A DNA stretch of 44,588 nt from Hydrurus foetidus (taxonomy: Eukaryota): the NCBI GenBank assembly GCA_900617105.1, contig UYFQ01000058.1:1-44588 (forward strand). The letters are read 5' to 3'. Below the pieces are notes generated by a model. The model saw only the letters and a program-made list of their open reading frames with translations, was not told where the DNA came from and searched no databases. Below are positions 34,160 to 44,588 of this stretch, piece after piece; position 1 is the stretch's first letter; each line of letters starts with the position of its first letter. Position numbers and translations under genes: made by a program.

Positions 34160-37028
34160 TTATTTAATATTATTTCGTAAAGACTTGTCAACGAGCCTGT
34201 GCGTTAGGTATTCGAAAAGTGGTAGTGGAACTCTTTTCGTACCTATGTCTGAGTTGTTTTCGCCCGAAGGGATTTTAACAATGACACAGGTACCATCGGC
34301 GACTTTGTCCTTAAAGTAGTTTTCGCTCAGGTCAATGTGACGAAGGTTCTTGGTCATGTGTGTATGATTTGAAGCATCAACACAAGCAGAATTGTCTTCT
34401 TCGATGACTGTAGGAGCTTGTGTCCATCCCATGTGGTTTAGTATGCCCCGGAGGGGAATGACATCGGATTTTAGTGCGTGATTAACTGCCTTGATTTCGG
34501 ATTCCGCAGTTGATGATGAGATGCTGCCTTGGTCGGTACTCTTCCAGCAGATGACATTGTCGGCGAGGTAGCCAATGTAGGAGGTCTGGGAGTGACGGTT
34601 GTCTTTGTTACCGGCGAGGTCGGCGTCGCATTGGAACTTCAACTGCAGTAGACTGGTCATCGTAGCGATGTCGGTGGGACCGTCGTGTGTGGTGAATTTC
34701 AGTCTATCCATCTTGGCGTATTTGACATATCGAAGTAAGTGCTTAAGGAACTTGATGTGTCGTGCACCTGGACTGTTACTATATCTGGATAGTATGTTGA
34801 GAGCGTACATGATTGTAATCAATGTGTGTACCATTCCGTACATAAGTTGACCAACTACCCGTCGGTAGGGATACTTATTATACATGTGCCTATCGAGATC
34901 GGTAGAGTTGTCCGCCTTGGACAGACTCTCACCAGAAGGTGGATATGGTAGATGCTCATCGGCGGCGCCAGCAAGGTTGGCCTCCGATACGATGGATGTG
35001 ATCATGCGTGACTGATCCATGTAGTAGTTGAAGTGTTCATCGCATGTAATGCGGATGCCGACGAACTCTTTGGAGGTCGCGTCGGTGACTTCATACTTGT
35101 GGGAGTTGAATGTAGCGATGAGGAGATCCCATTCGCTAATGAGTGCAAGTGGTCCGAACCATCTGAAGTCGTCTGAGTGTGCTATCAGTATCAGGGGTTG
35201 ACCTTGGACCCACTTAAAGAAGAACTTTAAGTCCCACGGTGTGTTTTCGTATCCACATTCGCGTACACATTTGTCGAATTCCTTTGAGAAATTCTGGCCT
35301 GCTGGTGGAAAACCGTAGAGGTTGCCAATGGCTTGAAAGCATGTGCCAAAAGGTGTGGTGTAACCTTGAGGTGTCTTGATGTGAACGGGAAAGTCGGGGT
35401 TAGCGAGTGTGATTAAGTAGGCGCCTACTAAATCTCCTCCCCGCATGGATAATTTGTAGGTTGCGGCTATGACGAGTGCAATCTTGATCGATGACGCATT
35501 GACATTACCGCAGTATACTGCGTAGGGGTCGAAGTCGACCCAGGGTATCATGAGATCACCACGACCTACGAGGCGGGCCTTCTTGGTGCCGTCAGTCTTG
35601 ATACTGAAGAGCCACATCATTGGTACGAGGTGCTGGCCGGTGAAGGGGACAGACCGGAAGCAGTTGTTGACTTCAAACTTAGTGCGCTCAGTGTTGATGG
35701 CCTGTTCCCACTCTGGGTACTGCATTGCGGTCCAGAAGTCTTTGGGGATGTAGGGATCCTTGATTTGGACTGCTATGTTGTAGTGCAGGACACGGAAGAG
35801 GTGAACAGGGAAGCATGTGGAAGAACTGGTGTAGGTGGACCAGTATATCATGTCATCGTTGACTGAGTGCTCTGTCTCAGGACAGGGGTTATATAGTCGG
35901 GGTCGATAAGGGGTGCAGGTGAGGGGAGGCCGGGTAGGTCGACTCGCTCAGGCACCACAATAGGGTCATTATCATTATCAGTATAGTAGAGGGACGGGAT
36001 GAGGGCGAAGGCCTCGTCGGTAGGGAAGTGTGCATCTGAGTCATGCTTGAAGTTGTTGTGCATGTCGAAGATGACATCCTTACTGACTCGAACAGTACCG
36101 TAGGTGTTCTTGGGTAGTATTTCTAATACTAAATATTGTGGTACTAGTATAGATGTAAAACTATAACCAACGAACCGAGCACGGTAGGCACGAGGTGACC
36201 CAACTTTACTTTTCTGATCTTTGGGTGCGTGCTTGACATAGCAGGGTGCCCAGAATGGTCGAAGCATCCTGATGTCCACGTGTTGCCCAGAAGTGAAGTG
36301 ATACGGAGAAGTACCAATACGCTTGTTAAGGTTAAAGGAATGAGTAACACATGCATAGGACATTGCAAGGTCCCAGAACTTCATTGGCACATGCGGAACA
36401 GGGGTTATCATGGCAACGTTGGTCTTGAGAGCTACAATGCCGACTGCTCGCTCAGCGATGCCGTTGGCATGTTTGTCACGAGGTGCAGTGTGCTCAAGTC
36501 GGTATCGGTATCGGGCGCAAAGCGCAGTAAATTCTTCAGATCGGTAGTTGGCCTCTGGGTCATGCCGGATGAAGCGATCAACCCCAGGGGTATTGTGGTT
36601 CCATTGGGGGTTAGGTCGAAGAAGGCTGCAATGCGGGCACAGAGTTCAGAGGCGGACCGGTCTTTTGTATATACAGGATAGTATTGTCCCGACGCGAGGT
36701 CGGTGAGGATGTGAGTGTAACGGTAGTTACGGAATGATGGAGTCGAGTGGGTATAGGCATCCAAGGAGAACTGCTGGCCGACGAGGGTAGTTGTGTCTCT
36801 GTGAATGCGACGATAGTCTGTGGATGCTTGACGCATTGCGCCATGGGCGCATCCAGGACAGACCGGACGGGAGGTGTGTGCATCTTTGGTGGTGAAGCGA
36901 GCATTGAGGGAATGATCGCGGTGCCATGCCATGCCTGGAAGACCGGGGTGGCCTGTGGCTTGATGCACGTGGTCGTACAGTGAAGCGGGAGTATAGTGTG
37001 TGACCAAAAGACTCTCCCGAGTGGTTGG
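34160..37028 (-). CDS. Copia integrase - reverse transcriptase - RNase H (frameshifts near 36610 and 35885)
   Basis: HQATGH...CPGC zinc finger; FSLDAY, IRHDPE, NGIAERAV integrase triad; KARLVGRGD, GNLYGFPPAG, HSDD; RNase H CDADLAG, STAESE, EEDNSAC, NNSDIGTK. Confidence 0.92.
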
Positions 37029-40000
37029 TCAGTAGGGAGTCTCCACGTAGAGGCCGTCTTGGACGGTTCCACGGGTGACCTCCTTTCCATGCTGAGCTAC
37101 CAGTGCAATGTAGGGAAGGGCTGATGCAGTCTCATAGAAGCGGAAGTCTTTATGAGTGAAGATGCCGATGAAGTGGTCGTTGGTGACACCGCCAGCGCAG
37201 AACTGGGAGACAGAGACAAGGGTGCTGTCGCCTAGTGCAGGGAGAAGGAGGGTGCTAAGCTCCAACGGTCCGAGGCTGCCTTGGTGTGTTGGTGTCATGG
37301 ACGGACCGAATGCAGGGGTGACTGTGACGGATGTGCTGACAGGTTCAATGCTGGTAAGACGTTGGGAGCGGCCGGTGCCAGAGCGTGAAGCACCAGAGTC
37401 GAAGATGACCTTGTCGGGGACGTGGAACGAGTTGAGTCTCTCATGTTGGGACTTGACGACGAATGTGTTGAGCTTGGAGTCGGAGGTACCGCCGGATGGT
37501 GCAGGAGGGCGAGCTGATGCAAGCGGAGGGCGAGTACTGTTGAAGGCATGTCGGACATTTGTCGAGCGTTGAGATCCGACTGGTGGAGTCATTCGGTGGC
37601 GCTGGGCACGAGGCATAGTGAAAGGCGAGTCGGATGCAAGTGGTTGCGCGGCTTGCCAACGTTTGAGTGACCCGGTAAGAGGGTCAGAGGGTGTCGATGG
37701 AACAGGTGGTAACGGAGTATTGAACTCCGGAAGCGTAGTGGGAATCGATGCAGAAGGTGAGGCGGAAGAGGATGCTGACGAGGACGAGGTAGTGTCTTGA
37801 CGCTTAGTGTCCCCTTGAGCCTGGTCTTTCTGGAATGCGATGCCGCGCTTCCTGGCGTTGTACCGCTGAAGTTCCATGGATGCGTCCGGTGGTACCCATG
37901 GGGATGCGTCTGATGGAGGGACCATGAGACGTGTGACGGCTCCATGTAGGTAGTTGACATAAGAGAGGGCGCATCGAGGGCCACTGATGTTATGTGTTGG
38001 ACAGGACATGTTGTACGGGAGGAAACAGATGGAGTCTTCGACAGAGGATTCTGAATCGCTCTCATAGTTCCGCAAAGTGTATCTTTGGCGTATGTTCTGT
38101 GGGGCTGTAGATGCTGCGAGGTCCCTGGCGAGAGATACTGTGCGGTAGTGTGACTCGGTGGGTTCAACAGGATCGGGTCCGACGAAGAGGCTGTTGGGTG
38201 TAACATGAAATGCATCGGGTAGGACATGCTGGATTACGACTCGAATAGCTTGGATGAATGACTCGTTCGATCCAGTTCGTGTCATAAGACCGTCAACGTG
38301 CGCATCAACTTCCGTGAGCATGAGTATGCGAAGTGTGGGAATGTTGTGCCAGGAGTTGCCGGGTGCATTGGCATATCGGGCAAGCTGTGCTGCGACCCAG
38401 GAGGCACAGTCGTAGATGAGGACACTTTCAAATATCGCCATGTGGTCTGGACTGATCTGGTCGTCGAGGTACAGAGCAGTGTGGACGAGGAAGTAAAAGA
38501 AAATGTTCCCGACTGTGGACTGATAGGTGGTGATGTCTTCAATCAAGGTTGGATTGAAGGTGCGGTAGTGCCCTGGGTCATACTCAAGATTGGGTGGAGT
38601 CGGCGGCTCAGTGTTGGCGAGCAGCAGGTTGCGAGCAATCTTGTGGATGAGGTTCATATACCGAGAGTATCCGTCTCTGACATCAGCGCGGCAGTTGCTG
38701 AGGGTGGTTGGGGATACCCAGCCGAAAATAGCGAGGTATATATGAGGCGCCGGTGTAGGGGATCCAGGCAAGGCGGGACGGTTCACATAGATGATGAAGT
38801 CATTTGCTGAGAGGGGCTGCTGATGAATGCGGTGGTGGACCACAGTGTAGTACTGAAGGATGTACGTGGAGCATTGTCGGCAGATACCCTGGAAGACAGT
38901 GGAGGAGGTGACTTCGTCATTGGTGAGGAAGGCCCAGGTACGTGTGAAGGCATCGACTTCTTCTTGCATTGGGGTCCCATATGTTGGCGAGGAGATGTTC
39001 TGATGGCGCGGCGTGTCCCATGCTGTAGCATTCTCTGGGGCGACAGGAGTCGGGGGGGTACCCAGGAGTACTGGGGTAGATGCTGGTTGAGTATGTTCGG
39101 AACGTACGTACGGTCGGAGCATTAAGGGAGAGGCGGCATTAGAAGATGGACGAGTTGGAGATCGCAGTGGTGAGTGTCCTGATGGAGGGAGTCCTGGCGG
39201 AAGTGCTAACTCGAGAGGAGGATTAGACGGTGTATCCGGAGGAGGTGCTGGGTCAGTGTCGGTGACTCGGAACATGTTGAGGGAGAAGCGCACATACCCG
39301 GAGGGTTCGGCGTTATCCAAAAGCGTGTTGTTCTGCCATCCGTCCTCAGGGTTGATGTTGGGTCCGTTGGTAAGAAGCTTCATGGGGATGTTGCTCTTGA
39401 GGTAAGGGACGCGGCCATCGATACTCGTCACTGGGAAGGTCTGCTTGGGAGGGTACTTGCCCTTGGCTTTGATCCGGTTCTTGTCCGTGACTGGAGCGGA
39501 TCCAGGTGGGGCAGGAGGATGTGCTTTGCCAGAGGGAGGTGTCGCTGCCGGTGGCTTAGCAGGAGCATGATAGTACTTGCACTTGTTACCGAGAAGGCAG
39601 GTACCAGCGAGGAACTTGCGGCAGGCTTCAGGGGTAGTGGACAAGGCAGCTATCTTGACCGGCTTGTCTTGTAGGAGGGCATACTCGGAATATACAACAG
39701 CTCTCTCCAAAGTTTGGTGATAGGTGAGCATGTTGCTATGGCAGGACATAAAGTAGGATTTGGTGTTGGGGCGGTGGTCGTTCATGAAGGCGTTGTGAAG
39801 GAATTGAAGGCGCTCCTGCTCGGTGCTCGGTCTGGCCTGGGCATACTCGAATTCTGTCATTAACGTTGTAAACCTCACTAAATCCTCTTGAAAACAAGTA
39901 GCCGTGGAGCCCTTGAAGTTTTGTAGAAGCCGCCGAAGTCGGTTGATGTCTGCTTCAGTATGTCCGTAGTAGTGCTTGTGCATACGTTTATAAATAGCGA

Positions 40001-40696
40001 TCCCATCGCGAGAGGTAAAGGAATCGGCACATAGATAGTGGGTAGACTCGCTGAAAGCGTTCAACATGACGTTGTATAAACGTTTCTTGTCGTGGGCCCA
40101 TCGTGTAACATCGTCGGCGGGTACATAATTGAAGGTGCCGTCAAATTCTCCGACGTTGTAGGCTCCGAGTATCCTGATGGGTTAAGTCTCGTTGGGATTG
40201 GCTCGCGACGCGTGCCCATCGCCATTGGGTAGAGTCCAACGACATGGAGCATGTTGTCGAGAGCTTTGAAGCGCTTGTTAGATCCCACAGTCGTTGTGGT
40301 GATCTGGTTTTGCTTGATGCTATCCATTTCTGAAGAGGTCGTCAGAACGAGATCGAGTTTTAGCCGTTTTAGCTCCAAAACGGATTCCAAAGCGGCATTA
40401 TATGATAGCCCATGTGCTGAAACTTCTGCCGAAGTTTGGCGCGGTGGCGTGGCTTCCTCTGCATGGGAGCCTCGTCGAGGTCGGTTTGGTGTCGAAGGAT
40501 TTTGACGATTTGCCGTCGAGCTGGTGACCAAATTTTGAGTTTGGGCTCTTATGGCCTCGGCGACACGTTGATCGAACTCTGCAAGGGTCATGGAGAGCAT
40601 GCGCGGCAGCTGGGCGCGGCTGGGAGTCTCTAGCCCAGTTGGGTCATGGTATTCCTCGTTGTTTTGGTCTGTGTTGTCGGACGATCGTAGCATCAT
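37029..40696 (-). CDS. Copia gag-protease region (frameshift near 40140-40160) with a CCCH finger and a long unassigned insert
   Basis: Gag-like DGIAIYKRMHKHYYG..; CRKFLAGTCLLGNKCKYYH; protease VIFDSGAS; LVSVSQF; DGLYV. First ATG at 40696. Confidence 0.85.
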
Positions 40697-40772
40697 GGCC
40701 GACTTGAGATATCTGTTGTGATGAGATACCGTTGATATATTGATACTATATCGATGATTGCTGAACTTTCTA

Positions 40773-40786
40773 TGCAATCGCTACCA
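40773..40786 (-). other. Putative primer-binding site TGGTAGCGATTGCA
   Basis: Begins with TGG immediately inside the 5' LTR; cognate tRNA not identified. Confidence 0.7.
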
Positions 40787-41294
40787 TGTGAGTCAGACTG
40801 TGGAGTGAAGCGAGCTACCTGTTGGCTGCGGAAGCGCAAAGGAAAGACTGGCTGATGGAAGTGGTCTCGGAAGACGTGTTTACTTACAACGATCAAGTAG
40901 TAAAACAACTGGCGATGATATCAGAGAAGACAACCATCAAAGAAGCAAAGCAAAGCATCCATTGTGCATGAAATGGTGATCGCCGAAGTGGAAACATATT
41001 CAGCGAATATTCAAGTTGGCGATTGAGCAATGGGCGGAACCCTCGCTGCTCATGAAATCGGATGCTTGGTGGAAACCGGATACCTGGTGGAAATCCGGAT
41101 GCTTGGTGGTGAAAAACCGGATGCTTGGTGATGGCCCCGAAGGGGGATATCGCTAGAAGAACGATGAGCGTATGTACACAACAGTGTATGGCGGTGTTTT
41201 GGGTGAGGAAGCGCTACACTACTTGTGACATGTGAATGCTAATCTACAGATGAAACTATGCTAACAGATCATGCATGAATATGCTGGACTGACA
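40787..41294 (-). repeat. 5' LTR
   Basis: Direct repeat of 33445-33952. Confidence 0.96.
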
Positions 41295-42144
41295 GGTTCA
41301 CTTGGAGTAGAAGTTAATATTCTTACTGCCATGGATCACATACTTACCACACTAAAGCTGCTATAGGACATATAAAGAATAAAGCGAGGTCAACAATGTA
41401 CAGTCTTCCATATTCTTTGCCGTCAAAATTGGCTGCAGCATTGATTGCATTTGTTGTGCATGCAGCAAACATGGTTCCCAAAATTAATGCTGTTGGTCAC
41501 TTACCAGCTCATACTGCTTTCATGGGCAGCTCATACTGCTTTCAGCTCATACTGCTTTCATCAAACTTCCCAAGAGACGCACCGCATGCTTTTGGAACGT
41601 GTCCAAGCCCGCTCAGTAATACTGTAGCATCACGTGGTGGCTACTGCATCTGGCTCTGGACGACCCACAACTTGGCGGAAACACATCGATGCCTGAACTT
41701 GGACACACTCCGAGAAATAACTGGAGACATATTCCGACCGGCACTATTGACTAACGCAGCAATCCTATGGCTCTCGCAGCTAGCCGGTGATATAGGAACT
41801 CGTCCTAGTTCAACTGACGTCGAGATCCCATCGGAGAATCCAACACCGCGCTATGCACTGGATCCCACTCGAGGGTTAGTGCAAGTGATGAAGTGGATTT
41901 GGCAAGTGGAACTGCAGAGAGAGGTGTAACATTTGAGGAGCCAGAGATCGTCCAGCACGAAGAGGTGGAGATTGAAGGCGAAGTAGTTGCAGGAGATGAG
42001 CAGCAGGAGAGAGGTGTTGTGGATAGGACAGAAACGCAAGCTGCAGAGCTAGTGGACGCTGTGACCCGCACAGCTGTACAGCTGTACGGGTACCGGCGTA
42101 CGTTCGGTTCGGATTGGGGACGATCCGAGCCATCCGATTCATGA
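41295..42144 (+). pseudogene. Old Copia-type retroelement, right fragment (integrase C-terminal half)
   Basis: GSLGVEVNIL..AAIGHIKNKARSTMYSLPYSLPSKL..LIAFVV..NMVP; continues the integrase broken at 33444; frameshifted; RT not seen. Confidence 0.8.
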
Positions 42145-42824
42145 CTTGCCTATCTCTGTGTTTATCTGTAAGCTAACCACATCTCTTTAGCAATAGCACC
42201 AGCACAACAGCTGCCTTCCTCTTGCCCCCGCGCCCTGTCCCAGCAGACCCACCGCAGAGCCCATAGTTAGGCCACAATACTAGTATTTGGACCAACTTGG
42301 TGCTCTTTTTAGAGACCAGTTCCAAAAAGCGTTCCAAAAACATCGCCACGACCCGTAAAACGGCGTGCAAACAAGCTAGTAACTTGGAAACAAGTGAAAA
42401 CAACGTCGAAAGACACTACAAAGGCTACGTCTAACCGACAGCCTCTGAAACGCTTTAGTTAAAAAGTTCGAGTCGTCGATATTTTCGCGACAAAATCGTG
42501 ACGGCTTCAAAACTCGAAGCCTAACGAAGCAAGTAGCTCTGAGTCGAGCAAAAGCAAGTCCCATCGTTATAGAAACGAAAGCTGGCCAAAACGCCCGCAG
42601 TTTAGTTCCTTGAGAGGTTCAAACCGCCAGGCAACTTTTCGAGCGATTTCCGACGAAATCGCGCGAAAGTAAACCACCAACAGCTCCGTCAGTTAAAGGA
42701 TCCTACGATCCCACGACATCATAGCTGCGGGATACATACTCAGCTCCATAGAGCGCCGCGTCCGAGTTCCGTCGCTGTCCAAGACCCCAAGATCCACGCG
42801 TTTAAGACTCAAGACAAAAGTCCC

Positions 42825-44588
42825 ATGACAAGGGCCCAAATAAAGAAGAAAGCGGCTGCTAACGCAGCCGCCTCTGCTTCTTCAGCTCCAAGCGCTTCGC
42901 GCAGTGCTCCTCTCACTGAGAAGGAAAAGCACAAAGCGGAGCAGGCCCTTATAAAGAAAAACATCGAGAAATCGATACAGGCTCTGGCCAAAGAAGCAAT
43001 ACATGTTTCGGCTACCCCAACTCGTCTTGAGGACGAACAAAATTTCTTTGAAAGCGTCATAGCAGCAACAAAAGAAATGCAAGCAGCTCATCAACTAGAG
43101 CAAGCACAAAAAGCTGCTGCACAAGCTGCTGCCGACGCTTTAGAGCCCTCAAACGATGAGCTCCTCGGGTTGGCACCCGAGGAAGCCGAGGGCGAGACAG
43201 ACTCTCCCCTCGATACCCGCGGGTACTTAAAAAGAGGGGGAGAAATCTCGATGCTCCTTCCGCGACTGCAACAGATCGGTGCAGAGGACGATCTGTTCTA
43301 ACCATCAGTCGACGCCGAAGTCACAACAAAAAAGGCATCCGACACCGGCAAGGCCGAGGCCGACGCCGAGTCAGATCCGGAGGCTGACGCCGACGGTGAC
43401 GACAATGCCAACAACAACGACGACGACAAACCCCCCGACGAGTCCGACGACGAGAACGACAGTAACGTCGACGACGTCGACGACACGGGAGGCGATGGTG
43501 GCAACCCCGACAGCTCCTCCGACGAGTCCGACGCAAGTAGTGGCGACGGGGACGACGGAGAGGGTGACGGAGACGACGACGGAAACGACAACAGCGACGA
43601 CGATGAAGCGAAAGCTGAAGTCGAAGTCGAAGACGACGAGGAGGTCGAACCCGAAAAGTCTAAGCCCAAGGACAAAAAGTCCCTAAAGATAAAACCCCTC
43701 GCCAAGAAAAAATCCCCAAGGGCGGGTCCCAAACCCGCCCCAAAGGACAAAAAGGTGAAAACCAAAACCGATGCAAAATCCGGTAAAACACACCGCGCGC
43801 AAAAGGCGGAAAACTCGGAAGAGGATTCCACTCCACAACGCAAAGCGGGTTTGCAAACCTCCATCATCAACATGAAGGAGGCGTACTATCTCACTCGAGA
43901 GAAACTCCTCGACGATGCTGATAAAGCAGCAAGAGCGTTTTACGAACAAGCATACCGCCTCGGTATGCTAACCAGTTGGGAAATGCTAATCGAAATGGAT
44001 GCCATCCAAACGATCCGCGACCAGTTGCTTCGATGCAAAAGCGAGACAGGTTACAACACCAAGACTTGTCTCGCCTGGCCAACGGTTGAAGGCAAAACGT
44101 CAACGCTAAAGAACATTGCAAATGATCTTAAAAAGATCTTTTACAAAAACAAGCGTACGTCTTCCCATTTCGACTTCGAAATGAAGTTAAAAAATTGCAA
44201 ATTCCGCATCAGCTGGAAAGATCCTTCCGTTGAAGACAGAGCTCTCTCTGAGTTCCGTGACATCCTTCTCGGATTCTGGACGTCATACGACAATATCGAT
44301 GCCGACATGCAAAATGATATCTGTAAGGCCTTCTACAAGAAGCTGCCAAGAACAACAAGTTCACAGACAATTTCATGGCAAAGACAAAACGTAAGACGAA
44401 AAAGACCGGGAAAGATACCATCTTCGAAATGCTCACGCGTCTTGTCGTCATGCTGGGCGAAGAACGCCAGATGATCAAAGACGCGGAGGACATGGAGGTC
44501 TCGACTTCGTCTTCGAGTCGAAGCTCACGCCAACAGACCAGGACGACGTTGAGGTCGCACCGTGACAGCCACTCGGCCAACGCCTACA
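42825..44588 (+). CDS. Long frameshifted ORF (Ala-rich, Asp/Glu-rich and Lys-rich tracts, then a helical domain); possibly gag-like gene of another retroelement; runs off the right edge
   Basis: Intronless GC-rich frame with shifts near 43270-43300 and 44350-44370; the frame of the 43755 ORF extends upstream as D/E-rich sequence. No diagnostic motif in the window. Confidence 0.4.

Larger units (their letters stand above)
33445..41294 (-). mobile_element. Full-length Ty1/Copia LTR retrotransposon, 7850 bp
   Basis: 508-bp TG..CA LTRs with no differences seen by eye; PBS and PPT present; domain order gag-PR-IN-RT-RH; no matching TSD (GTCGG vs GGTTC). Confidence 0.95.

Noticed and set aside
43279..43873. 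Thr-rich (+) and Ser-rich (-) mucin-like ORFs
   Set aside because: Off-frame and antisense readings of a GAC-rich Asp tract.

Overview
Eukaryotic, intron-containing DNA, almost entirely nested transposable elements around one host gene. A stramenopile or other protist origin is my inference from the element types and short introns. Left to right: (1) a minus-strand Helitron RepHel gene with OTU protease, HUH Rep motifs and the start of the PIF1 helicase, running off the left edge; (2) an unidentified decayed element; (3) a 2.8-kb hAT transposon (7110-17964, 8-bp TSD) whose otherwise intact 612-aa transposase is split at its CxxH motif by (4) an 8.07-kb P-superfamily element (8773-16842, 66-bp TIRs, 7-bp TSD); (5) a 444-bp hAT MITE; (6) a host gene for a predicted type-I membrane protein with five NHL beta-propellers, each on its own phase-1 exon, plus a 33-bp minisatellite; (7) a decayed MULE with 330-bp inverted repeats; (8) an internally deleted PIF/Harbinger-group element; (9) a 7.85-kb Copia element with apparently identical 508-bp LTRs, nested in an older Copia; (10) a low-complexity, possibly gag-like ORF at the right edge. 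The P-like element is the most novel-looking feature. It carries two convergent genes, the second resembling the C-terminal region missing from the transposase. Its 184/176-bp 'satellite' parses as an array of exon+intron units that would add about 12 Pro/Gly-rich 24-27-aa repeats to the transposase N-terminus. Many single-base indels lie in homopolymers and may be assembly errors.
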